Of a stretch of DNA of 36,544 nt, positions 26,790-34,729 are shown one piece after another. The position numbers were made by a program, and so were the translations under genes. The DNA comes from a virus. Taxonomy: Duplodnaviria; Caudoviricetes. The first letter of the stretch is position 1. Each line of letters opens with the position of its first letter. The DNA is taken from the IMG/VR virus record IMGVR_UViG_3300031627_000003, positions 1-36,544 of that record. One strand, given 5' to 3'. The notes under the pieces are model-generated. The model saw nothing but the letters and a program-made list of their open reading frames with translations, was not told the origin of the DNA and did no database searches.

Positions 26790-27180
26790 ACTGGTGCCAC
26801 CCAGAGTGCGCGGAATGTGTGATTTTGCTGGGGTAAATGGGTGGCACCAAAAATTGATTTGGTGCCACCTACCTGCCTCTGGTGCCACCTGTTTTTGTGG
26901 GTTGCGGTGGCAAGTGGTAGTGTCCGACACGTAAGTCTCAGAACGTGCCGCCACAGAGTTAAAGGTAGCGGCCGGGGGCAGTGTCCTCAGAACCGGAGCG
27001 ACCCTGCCACCTACCTGCCTCGAGGGTGCCCCCCAGCTAAGTGGTTGCAAACCAGCGGTCTCGGAGTCGGTGGTGGCACCACTACTAACTCTTTACAAAA
27101 ATAAAAGTAAAGAGAGAGAGAGAGGGTAGTGGTGGTGCTGTACAGGCTGGGGGAATAGTGAAACGACCCTGCCACCCACA
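26790..27180. promoter_or_regulatory. Non-coding control region with iterated (GG)TGCCACC sites (origin, attP arm sites or operators)
   Basis: GGTGCCACC or its complement at 26793, 26840, 26861, 26881 and 27072; TGCCACC core at 26906, 27005 and 27170; a 12-bp perfect inverted repeat at 26840-26869; an A/AG-rich tract at 27095-27125. Confidence 0.65.
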
Positions 27181-27181
27181 G

Positions 27182-27216
27182 AAAAGCCCCAGCTGGCTAA
27201 ACCGGCTGGGGCTTTT
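27182..27216. terminator. Bidirectional intrinsic terminator
   Basis: aaaagccccagctgg-ctaaa-ccggctggggctttt, a GC-rich stem with a T-run on each strand, just downstream of the minus-strand small-ORF cluster. Confidence 0.8.
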
Positions 27217-27230
27217 GTAGTTTTGGGGGC

Positions 27231-27386
27231 TCACCCACCGGCTGGTGGGTGCCACTGTTGGCGGCGAAGTCGCCGCCCTGTCGGCCGCCCTCGCCGGGGC
27301 AGCCACAGGTTGCCCTCGCGGGTTCGCCTCGGCTGGTCCGTGTGAACCTCGCGGGCCCGGCCAGCGTTGCGCTTGGTCTTGCTCAT
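27231..27386 (-). CDS. 51-aa Arg-rich peptide (not in ORF track)
   Basis: MSKTKRNAGRAREVHTDQPRRTREGNLWLPRRGRPTGRRLRRQQWHPPAGG. ATGA-coupled and ends just before the terminator. Confidence 0.5.
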   Translation of the reverse strand: MSKTKRNAGRAREVHTDQPRRTREGNLWLPRRGRPTGRRLRRQQWHPPAGG

Positions 27387-27532
27387 CGCGCAGCCTTGCG
27401 GTTCTGGAGTGCCACTCTTCTCTCGATCACCTTCAGCCTCTGACGACCGTGCCGGAGATCGCCGAGGATGAACCCGAGGGACACCCCTGCCCCGCCTACG
27501 GCGGCCAGCAGTAGCAGTTCAGCCCCGCTCAC
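27383..27532 (-). CDS. 49-aa single-TM protein
   Basis: GTG start at 27532 overlapping the upstream TGA. MSGAELLLLAAVGGAGVSLGFILG followed by a basic tail. Confidence 0.6.
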   Translation of the reverse strand: MSGAELLLLAAVGGAGVSLGFILGDLRHGRQRLKVIERRVALQNRKAAR

Positions 27533-27804
27533 TGCCCTTCCTCCAACCGCGTCCGGTGCTGGAGTGCCACGGCGGCGTTGAACAGGCCGTAGTTGTAGCG
27601 CGGCTCTGGCGGGTGCCACGTTAGCACGACCACCGGGCAGTCGACCTCTGGTGCGCTGCCGTAGTCAGGCGTGAGCCTGAGCGGGTCCACGACGATAAGC
27701 CCGCACCCAGCGGCGAGTGTGGCGTTGCCGTCAGAGAACAGCGTGAGCGTGGTACGCCCATCACAGGATGCGGCGATGGTTTCTATTCTGGAGTTTGTGT
27801 TCAT
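27529..27804 (-). CDS. Hypothetical protein
   Basis: Likely start ATG 27804 after an A-rich leader (CCCAAAAAAATT). Confidence 0.6.
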   Translation of the reverse strand: MNTNSRIETIAASCDGRTTLTLFSDGNATLAAGCGLIVVDPLRLTPDYGSAPEVDCPVVVLTWHPPEPRYNYGLFNAAVALQHRTRLEEGQ

Positions 27805-27826
27805 AATTTTTTTGGGGATCAGTGAC

Positions 27827-28030
27827 TCATGTGAATCGTGACCGGCGTTTGAGTTTGATGAGCCGGCCGACCAGCTTCTTGGTCTTGGGTGCTGGGCCGG
27901 GTCGGACACAGATCACCGGCCCGATCCCGGCCTTGAACGTGCGCGCCTTCATGTTGGCCGCGATCTCGGCAGGCGTGTCGCCGTATGGCGACCAGCCTGC
28001 CCCGTCTGTCCCATCCGCGAGCAGGATCAT
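27827..28030 (-). CDS. Hypothetical protein
   Basis: 67 aa, ATGA-coupled to the upstream ORF. Confidence 0.55.
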   Translation of the reverse strand: MILLADGTDGAGWSPYGDTPAEIAANMKARTFKAGIGPVICVRPGPAPKTKKLVGRLIKLKRRSRFT

Positions 28031-28245
28031 GCTGTCGCCTCCTGTGCGCGCCGCTCCTGCATCGTGAGCCGCTCAGCCCCTCGCCGGTGATGGCGCGGGT
28101 TCCCGCAGCATTCACAGCTGCACGCAGCCGGTGACCTAGCTGCCTTGCCGATTGCTCGTGGGTCTCCAGCAGCATGTGGGTGCTGCCGGGCAGCGCGTGC
28201 TTTTGCAGCTGCGGAGCTGCGTCGTCGGTCGTTCTTGGTTTTCAT
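28027..28245 (-). CDS. Small basic Cys-cluster phage protein (CSC..CGNPR..LT.QERR type)
   Basis: CSCECCGNPRHH..LTMQERR, a motif I recognise from small uncharacterised phage proteins. A-rich leader. Confidence 0.7.
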   Translation of the reverse strand: MKTKNDRRRSSAAAKARAARQHPHAAGDPRAIGKAARSPAACSCECCGNPRHHRRGAERLTMQERRAQEATA

Positions 28246-28267
28246 AGAGTTTTTTGTGTTGGGAATT

Positions 28268-28287
28268 GGGGGAGGTTGCCCTCCCCC
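28268..28287 (-). promoter_or_regulatory. 8-bp GC hairpin with GCAA (GNRA) tetraloop and no U-tract
   Basis: The minus strand reads GGGGGAGG-GCAA-CCTCCCCC between the VWA gene and the next ORF. Confidence 0.6.
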
Positions 28288-28296
28288 GGTTGAGTC

Positions 28297-29880
28297 CTAT
28301 CGGACGATGTATTTGATCAGCGAAGTCGCGAGGTCAAACGCGCAGCGGTCGCTGAAGTAGCGCCCGAAATGCATCGACATACACTCATCGAGCACGCCCG
28401 ATGCGCTGCCGACATACGCGCCGACGACGTCGACGCCCTGACCGCGCAGCCGGTTGGTTTGCAGCTCGGCTTTGCCGAGGTTGCCGTCGGTGTAGATGAT
28501 GCAGCAGCGGCTCTGGTCAAGGTCGTGCCGGCATTCGGTCGTGCTCAGCGTCTCGTCCAGTCCTTCCCCACCGCCCTCCGAGCAGAGCCCGGCGAGGATG
28601 CCGTCAGGAATGGACGTGTCGAGTTTAGCGCGGCAGCTTGAGCCGCTGAGCCAGATGCGCACGTCGAGCACGCCCTTGCGATCCAGCCTCGCCAGCGCGA
28701 TCAGCAGCTCCTTCGCCGCTTTGAACGGGTCGCCGTCCATGCTGCCGCTGGTGTCGACGATGAAAGTCAGAGCCTTTCTGCCGTCCACTTTTATCTGCCG
28801 GCGAAACGCCGCCGCCGAGCCGCTGATAGCGTTGGGGATGTGGAGCCGGCTGCCGGTCATGCTGGCCTGCTGTGGCGCGTGCGCTGCCCGAGCCACCAAC
28901 CGACCCAGCTTGCCCGTCAGCTGGTCGACCACGCCCCAGTTGACGCGCTCATTGGAGCCGGGAAACAGCCGCCACCATGTCCTGAGCTCCGCTTTGATTT
29001 GCGAAAGGCTGCGCTCTGTGTCTTCTTTTATTTGCTCGGGATCGACTGCCGGCTTCTCCGTTTCATCCTCCTCTTCGGTCCCTATGCCTTCGCTCTCTGC
29101 TGCCGGGCAGAGCTCGCCGCCGAGCCACGGACTGAAGCCTCGCAGGTCTTGCCCCTCGGAGACAGGCGCCGGGAACTCCTTGACCCATGCCTCCAGCAGC
29201 GGCAGCAGTAGAGCCGTTGTCGGCATGTTGCAGGCTGCCCTGTAGAAGTATTGCACGCGCTTCTTGACGCGCTCAGATCCCAAGAACCGAGGCTGTCCGA
29301 CAGACGGCGATGAGTAGCTGCTGGCCTCCCGGTTAATGAGATTCCAGAAGAGGTTGCGCGGGCTCTCGGTCATTATGCAGGGCGTCCAACGCCACCAGCG
29401 AAACCTCTTGTAGCTGTTGCCATCTTTTGTGCGCTCACGCTCGAGATGCTCGATACGCGCATCTTCAAACAGGTTCCAGATGTCGAAGGGGATCTTCTTC
29501 TCACGCAGGCGGCGGGACATCTCGCGGGGCAAGATCTCTGTGTGTTCCCCGTGATTCGCCTCATGGCGAATGAGCGAGCAGGCGAACGCCAGCAGCTCCT
29601 TTTGGTCTTCTTGCAGCCTGCCCGGCAGGGGCTGGGCGAAGTCCAAGCCGACCTTTATGTCGTGGAATGCCGTAGAGAACGCCATCGAGCCGGTCGACCC
29701 GATAGACCAGCATGCCGTGTTGAGCCCCGGCTTCATTTCGAGATCCACCCGGTGAGCCCCGTGCTTGCCCAGCGTCGCCAGCCGGCGAACGATCCCTTGC
29801 TTCTGCTTAACGCCCTTGTTGCGCTTCGCGTTTCGCCACGCCTTCGTGATGATGAATTTGATGTCTGCTTCGTTTAACAT
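28297..29880 (-). CDS. VWA-domain protein with N-terminal zincin-like domain (CobT-like MoxR partner)
   Basis: HEANH..WNLFEDARIE, MIDAS DTSGS, and IIYTDG. Confidence 0.85.
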   Translation of the reverse strand: MLNEADIKFIITKAWRNAKRNKGVKQKQGIVRRLATLGKHGAHRVDLEMKPGLNTACWSIGSTGSMAFSTAFHDIKVGLDFAQPLPGRLQEDQKELLAFACSLIRHEANHGEHTEILPREMSRRLREKKIPFDIWNLFEDARIEHLERERTKDGNSYKRFRWWRWTPCIMTESPRNLFWNLINREASSYSSPSVGQPRFLGSERVKKRVQYFYRAACNMPTTALLLPLLEAWVKEFPAPVSEGQDLRGFSPWLGGELCPAAESEGIGTEEEDETEKPAVDPEQIKEDTERSLSQIKAELRTWWRLFPGSNERVNWGVVDQLTGKLGRLVARAAHAPQQASMTGSRLHIPNAISGSAAAFRRQIKVDGRKALTFIVDTSGSMDGDPFKAAKELLIALARLDRKGVLDVRIWLSGSSCRAKLDTSIPDGILAGLCSEGGGEGLDETLSTTECRHDLDQSRCCIIYTDGNLGKAELQTNRLRGQGVDVVGAYVGSASGVLDECMSMHFGRYFSDRCAFDLATSLIKYIVR

Positions 29881-29899
29881 ATTGGTATTGGTATTGGAA

Positions 29900-31324
29900 T
29901 TAAAGGCTGCGGAGGCTGTTCGTCCAAGCGGCCACCGTTTCCGCGCTGTGGGAATCAGTGTCGCCGAGGTCGCCGTCCCACAGCGCGGTGTTGTCCGACA
30001 GCCTCTTGGCTACCTGCTGGCCGACTGCCGCCTCCGTCGGATCGGCGGCGACCATCGCCGCACGCTCCAACATGCGGAAGTCGATGGGCATCGCCGTCGT
30101 GCCCTTCTTGACTGACTGTCTGCTGTCAGACATCACATTGGCAAACTTTGTCGCCAGCCGGCCGCGAGCGCAGTCGATGCCTTTGGCCTTCAGGATGCTG
30201 GTGGCGGTCGCCGCAGCGTCGGTCTTGTTGAACTCTATGCGGAGGGTCTCCCAGCGGCTCCAGAACGCCTGCACGGGCATGGTCATGGTCAGATTGGTCG
30301 CGGCGACGAAGTGCAGGTTCTCACACTTGCATTCGATCACCTCGAGGTTGCCGCGAACCTCACCAGTCGATTGGACGATGTGCCGGGTTCGCAGACGATA
30401 CACGCGCCCGGCTTCAGTCTCTACCCCTGTCAGGATCGTGAGCAACCAGCTCTGGACGACCTCGGGCAGCCGCAGCACCTCGTCGAGCAGCAGCAGCACC
30501 TTCTGGCCTTCGCTGGCCCGTCGGAATGCCTGAGCCAACACGCCGTCGAAGACGACGAACGCGCCTTTGCTATCCGGCGTAGGGTTGCCGAGCAGTGTGC
30601 TCATCTCATCCATGTCTGTGCTGCAACCGTGCTCGAAGTAGGCGTCGTAGGATGTGCCCAGCTTCCGAATGGTGTAGGACTTGCCAAAGCTCGGAGGCGA
30701 GCACACCAAGAAGTTGCTGCCGCAGTCGACGCCCGGCCGATAGTAGGGCGCCAGCTCGGCCATGATCTTGTTGCCGCCCGCAATCGCTGCCAGCACCGGT
30801 GTGCGCGGGCTGGCGTTGACCTTGCCATCAGCCGCCATGGCATCAATTACGGGCTGCACGGGGGCGAGGGCCACCGCCAGCCGCGCATCGACGGTGGCCT
30901 GCACGTCGACCTCGGAAGCATCGAAGACCTCGGCGCAGATCTCCGCGACAGCGTCGCGGTCCAGCCCCGGCTTGTGCTGGGCGAGCTGGGCTTGAATCAC
31001 CGACGCCAGCGCACCCTCGAGACCGCCTGCGGCCGGTGCGGGGATCTCTGGGGCAGCCGCAGAGTTATCGTGCGGCCCGGCGTGGATGAAGACGCCGCCC
31101 TTTGCGCTGATCGCCGACTGGGCCAAGACCAGCTCAGCATCGCTGGTGTCGTTCAAGACGTCGTGCATCTGTCCGACCGTCATGCCGTTCACGACGTCCG
31201 TCTGGACACCGGCGGCCTTGAGCCAGTCGCGCACGGACTTTTTTTGCATTCCGTCACGGCTGGCCGTGAATATGATGTGGCCGCGAGCGGCTCCCAATAG
31301 TGTCTCAAGTTGCTCTGTTTTCAT
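29900..31324 (-). CDS. MoxR/CbbQ/CobS-like AAA+ ATPase
   Basis: Walker A SPPSFGKS, Walker B LLLLDE, sensor-1 AATN, AFWSRW, DFRML. Adjacent to the VWA gene. Confidence 0.85.
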   Translation of the reverse strand: MKTEQLETLLGAARGHIIFTASRDGMQKKSVRDWLKAAGVQTDVVNGMTVGQMHDVLNDTSDAELVLAQSAISAKGGVFIHAGPHDNSAAAPEIPAPAAGGLEGALASVIQAQLAQHKPGLDRDAVAEICAEVFDASEVDVQATVDARLAVALAPVQPVIDAMAADGKVNASPRTPVLAAIAGGNKIMAELAPYYRPGVDCGSNFLVCSPPSFGKSYTIRKLGTSYDAYFEHGCSTDMDEMSTLLGNPTPDSKGAFVVFDGVLAQAFRRASEGQKVLLLLDEVLRLPEVVQSWLLTILTGVETEAGRVYRLRTRHIVQSTGEVRGNLEVIECKCENLHFVAATNLTMTMPVQAFWSRWETLRIEFNKTDAAATATSILKAKGIDCARGRLATKFANVMSDSRQSVKKGTTAMPIDFRMLERAAMVAADPTEAAVGQQVAKRLSDNTALWDGDLGDTDSHSAETVAAWTNSLRSL

Positions 31325-31469
31325 GTGTTCTATTTGCTTGTTTTCGTTTCAGTTTGTTGCGTTAGCCCCGCCGGGACAGGTGTTGTCGCCAATACACTAC
31401 AAAGACGCAAGGAGTTTCGTTGCCTAATTTCGCCGCTCGACCGCCCGCTGGCAACGCCTACGCTGGGAG

Positions 31470-32036
31470 GTGATGACTGCCCCAATCAAGACCAAGGTCC
31501 GCGCTGCGCGTCGGACACCAGTGCGTAAGCTGGGCAAGGAGCCGAAGACTAAACGCAAAACGCTCGCCGACGTCCGCACCGCGCTCACCGATCCCGGTGT
31601 CGGACACCGGGCCGCTGGCCGTCCGCTGCGTCCGTTCGACCCAGCCGTCGCCGACGACATCGTTGCCCGGCTGCATCTCGGGCTCCCGCTCAAGACAGCC
31701 GCAGCCGGCAGGGCCAGCTATGATGTGCTGCTCCGCTGGATGGGGGATGAAGAGCATTTCGCTGTCGCCCTTCAAAAAGGCGAGGCGGATGAGCAGCTGC
31801 GCTTGCTCCAGTCGATGGAGACCGCCCCCGCTGGCCGGTGGCAGGTCTTCGCGTGGAAGTTGGAGCGCATGTGGCCTCATCTGTATGGGCAGAAGGCCGA
31901 GCTGCGCGTTGAAAAGGTCCACAAACATGAGGTCAACGCTGAGATGTGCGATGAGATCGGGGCCAGCTTCGCCGCATTCATGCTGGCACAGCAGGCGATC
32001 CCCCCCGCGCAGCCGACACCCCTGATTGATGCGTGA
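31470..32036 (+). CDS. terS: Terminase small subunit
   Basis: HTH-like segment (IVARLHLG..AAA..LLRW), WQVFAWKLERMWP motif, and position upstream of terL. Start 31470 or 31473. Confidence 0.7.
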   Translation: MMTAPIKTKVRAARRTPVRKLGKEPKTKRKTLADVRTALTDPGVGHRAAGRPLRPFDPAVADDIVARLHLGLPLKTAAAGRASYDVLLRWMGDEEHFAVALQKGEADEQLRLLQSMETAPAGRWQVFAWKLERMWPHLYGQKAELRVEKVHKHEVNAEMCDEIGASFAAFMLAQQAIPPAQPTPLIDA

Positions 32037-32157
32037 TGCCGGGCACCTGTGGGATACATGAGTTGCCGCAGACGACAGGCAACGCCTGCGACAAGGCTTT
32101 TTAGCCCTTACCGACCCACCGACGCGACCTTGACCCGAAATGCTGAGAGGTTTGTCA

Positions 32158-32178
32158 GGGGGGCGGGGGGAGGGGGGG
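32158..32178 (+). repeat. G-tract G6-C-G6-A-G7 between terS and terL
   Basis: Read directly. Confidence 0.85.
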
Positions 32179-32281
32179 ACGCCGCAGATTCCCTTCGTGA
32201 GACACCATTCAAAACGAGTGCAATTTTAAAAGGGTTTTTTCCCACAGGGGAAATCCCGCATTGTTGGAAATTCAGGAACCT

Positions 32282-33745
32282 ATGGACCCAAAAATTACGG
32301 CTGAAAAATCACAGGCAAAATCTACGGAGGCTGTCTCATCGCTTGCCAGTGACCCCATGCTGGCGAAAGGCACACCCATCTGGTTTGCCAGAGAGATACT
32401 CAAGATCGAGCTTTACCCGTGGCAGGAGCGGGTGCTCTGGGATCTGGCGGTCGGCACCAAGCCGGTGTTTATGAAGGCTGCCAATGGGTCAGGCAAGACT
32501 CAGGGCATAGCTACAATCGCGCTCCTGTGGCACGCTGCGACGTTTAGGAACAGCCAAGGGCTGACCACGGCCGGCGTCTACCGGCAGGTCAAGGAGCAGC
32601 TCTGGGGGAACCTGCGAACGCACGCAGCGCGGCTTGGGCCCAAGTGGCAGTTCAACGCTACGGACTTGCACGCGCCCAACGGAAGCAAAGCTCTGGGGTT
32701 CTCAACGGATGACCCGCACAAGTTCGAGGGCTGGCATAACAACAACCAGCTGATCATTCTGGATGAGGCCAAGTCGATCCCCGACGAGATCTGGGAAGCG
32801 GTGCAGCGGTGCAACGTACCTGAGAACAATGTAGGCGGGAGGCTGCGCGTGCTGGTGATGTCGTCAACCGGAGGCACTGAAGGGTTCTTTCCACTGGCGT
32901 TCACCAAGCGTCGCAAGTTCTTTTCATGCCACTCAGTTACAGCGTATGACTGCCCGCACCTGTCCGACAAGTGGGTCAACGAGCAGATCGAGATGTGGGG
33001 GCGGAACCACCCGCTCATACGCTCCATGATTTTCTCAGAATTTGTGGACAGCGGCGGCAGCCAGTATGTGTGTAGCCCCGTTCACTGGACAAACTGCATG
33101 GACAACCCCCCGGTGCATGAGGACGGTGCGCCCTTGGCGTTCATTGACTGGGCGGCTGGCGGGGACGAGAACGTGATTGCAGTCGTGAAGGGCAACAAAG
33201 TCACCGACGTCATCTGCTGGCGGGACAAGAACACAATGATGGCAGCAAACCGGGCAGCGATTGAGCTGACCAAGTTGGGCGTGCCTGTCGGTCGGACGTT
33301 TGCGGATGACGGTGGACTCGGGCACCCCATCAACGACGCGATGGAGATGGGCGGCTTCCAGATCCGCCGGGTGCTCAACAACATGAAGCCCACCCAACCG
33401 GACCACTACGCCAACCTTGGGGCTGAGCTGTGGTATATCGCGGCCCGTGCCATCGAGAAGCGCGAGATCATACTGCCGAAGGACGATGTGCTGATGGAGC
33501 AGGCCACCACGCGGAGGTCTTCACTCACGCCGGTCGGCAAGCTGGCTCTCGAGAAGAAGGACGACATGCGACGCCGGGGTGTCTCAAGTCCTGACCGGGC
33601 CGACGCGGTCCTGTCCGCGATTGCTATTGCCAAGACTATTGGCAACCAATACGATGTGAGCGTTGACAGCCAGTTCGACGGTCTCACGGATACTCAGCTA
33701 GGCAGCATGGAAGACGACCACCACGGCATGTTCTCAGGATTATGA
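32282..33745 (+). CDS. terL: Terminase large subunit
   Basis: LYPWQ, Walker A AANGSGKT, Walker B IILDEA, SST, nuclease FIDWAAGGD and SPDRADA. Likely start ATG 32282. Confidence 0.93.
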   Translation: MDPKITAEKSQAKSTEAVSSLASDPMLAKGTPIWFAREILKIELYPWQERVLWDLAVGTKPVFMKAANGSGKTQGIATIALLWHAATFRNSQGLTTAGVYRQVKEQLWGNLRTHAARLGPKWQFNATDLHAPNGSKALGFSTDDPHKFEGWHNNNQLIILDEAKSIPDEIWEAVQRCNVPENNVGGRLRVLVMSSTGGTEGFFPLAFTKRRKFFSCHSVTAYDCPHLSDKWVNEQIEMWGRNHPLIRSMIFSEFVDSGGSQYVCSPVHWTNCMDNPPVHEDGAPLAFIDWAAGGDENVIAVVKGNKVTDVICWRDKNTMMAANRAAIELTKLGVPVGRTFADDGGLGHPINDAMEMGGFQIRRVLNNMKPTQPDHYANLGAELWYIAARAIEKREIILPKDDVLMEQATTRRSSLTPVGKLALEKKDDMRRRGVSSPDRADAVLSAIAIAKTIGNQYDVSVDSQFDGLTDTQLGSMEDDHHGMFSGL

Positions 33746-34248
33746 AACGACTCAGGCTTTACTTCACCGAACCCCAAGGCAGCAATCTGCTTGCGGGCCT
33801 ATGGGGAACCCTTGTGCTTTCAACGCTGCTGGTGTTCGCAGCGGGAACGACCGGCTGCCAGACGAGCACCTACGATCAGGAAGCCGGTCCCACCGCCAAG
33901 TGGCCTGAGCGTGCCCAGACCGGCGACGCTGCAAGCGAGCCGCACGGTGCCCGTGTCCGATACGAGTTTGACCCCGTCACCGGTAAGTTGCTCGCAATTG
34001 AGTTCGACGTCACCAACGCCACCGAGTTCGCAATGCTGGATATGTCTGGCATTAGCTCGAAGTCCGCCATCAGCAAGAGCTCCCTCTCTGCCGCCGGCTC
34101 CAGAGACGGCATGAACGGCAACGTCACCGAGGTAAGAGGCGAAGCCAAGACAGAGGCGAAGCTGGACGCAGTGATTAAGTCACTGGCCGGTCTGGCAAAA
34201 GAGGTCGCTAAGATGAAGTCTCCAGTCCCATTGCCCGACAAAGAATAG
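33742..34248 (+). CDS. Putative lipoprotein or membrane-anchored protein
   Basis: Hydrophobic segment LWGTLVLSTLLVFAAG followed by a lipobox-like TTGC. ATGA overlap with terL. Confidence 0.6.
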   Translation: MKRLRLYFTEPQGSNLLAGLWGTLVLSTLLVFAAGTTGCQTSTYDQEAGPTAKWPERAQTGDAASEPHGARVRYEFDPVTGKLLAIEFDVTNATEFAMLDMSGISSKSAISKSSLSAAGSRDGMNGNVTEVRGEAKTEAKLDAVIKSLAGLAKEVAKMKSPVPLPDKE

Positions 34249-34321
34249 ATACTATGCTGTGACGGGTTTACCGTCTTAGGATGTCCCTCAAACGGTCATT
34301 AAGCAGCCTCCACCTTTTTGA

Positions 34322-34729
34322 ATGTCAGATTCCACGCCACCTGTCGCTCCCGGCTTGGAGCAGCACAAACTTGCGGACCTCAAGGCACCACCGTCGTTCT
34401 GGAACTCTTCGCCTGAAGCTCGAGCCTTGCGCTGCAACGGCGCGGGGGCGAAGGGTGGCATCGCGGTCCCCAACACATTCTGGGGTCTGTCGTGTCTCGA
34501 AGCGTTCGACATCCACGACTGGATGTATGCCGAAGGAGGCAGTAACGAGCCAGCAAGGCAGACGGCCGACATCTACATGCTGGTGAACTGCCAGCTGCTT
34601 ATCGAGCGAAGAACCACGGGGACGTGGTTGCTCGGCAAATTTATGCGCTGGCTCAGGGGAGTCCGAGCGAACACCTATTACAATGCGGTCCGAGACTTCG
34701 GAGCCAGCGCGTTCTCATTCAATACATGA
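34322..34729 (+). CDS. DUF1353 / phospholipase-A2-like HDxxY protein
   Basis: CNGAG, IHDWMY, R.TAD and YYNAVRDFG pattern. Confidence 0.6.
   Translation: MSDSTPPVAPGLEQHKLADLKAPPSFWNSSPEARALRCNGAGAKGGIAVPNTFWGLSCLEAFDIHDWMYAEGGSNEPARQTADIYMLVNCQLLIERRTTGTWLLGKFMRWLRGVRANTYYNAVRDFGASAFSFNT

Noticed and set aside
26840-26850. GGTGGCACCA as a tRNA 3' end or att core
   Set aside because: There is no upstream T-arm (GTTCRA) and no cloverleaf. It is better explained as part of the local repeat family.
28297-31324. CobS/CobT as cobalamin-biosynthesis auxiliary genes
   Set aside because: No cobN or other cob genes are present. The motifs support only a generic MoxR/VWA pair.
6389-31324. Numerous antisense and alternate-frame ORFs in the track (e.g. 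30311..31300, 28496..29245, 13478..14155)
   Set aside because: They are shadows of well-supported genes in GC-rich DNA and have no motifs or coupling signals.
31380-31415. Sigma70 promoter for the early operon (TTGCGT-17 bp-GACAAC on the minus strand)
   Set aside because: The -10 match is too poor to call, although a promoter probably lies in this divergent gap.
32049-32474. 141-aa ORF spanning the terS-terL gap
   Set aside because: It overlaps terL out of frame, runs through the G-tract, and has no recognisable features.
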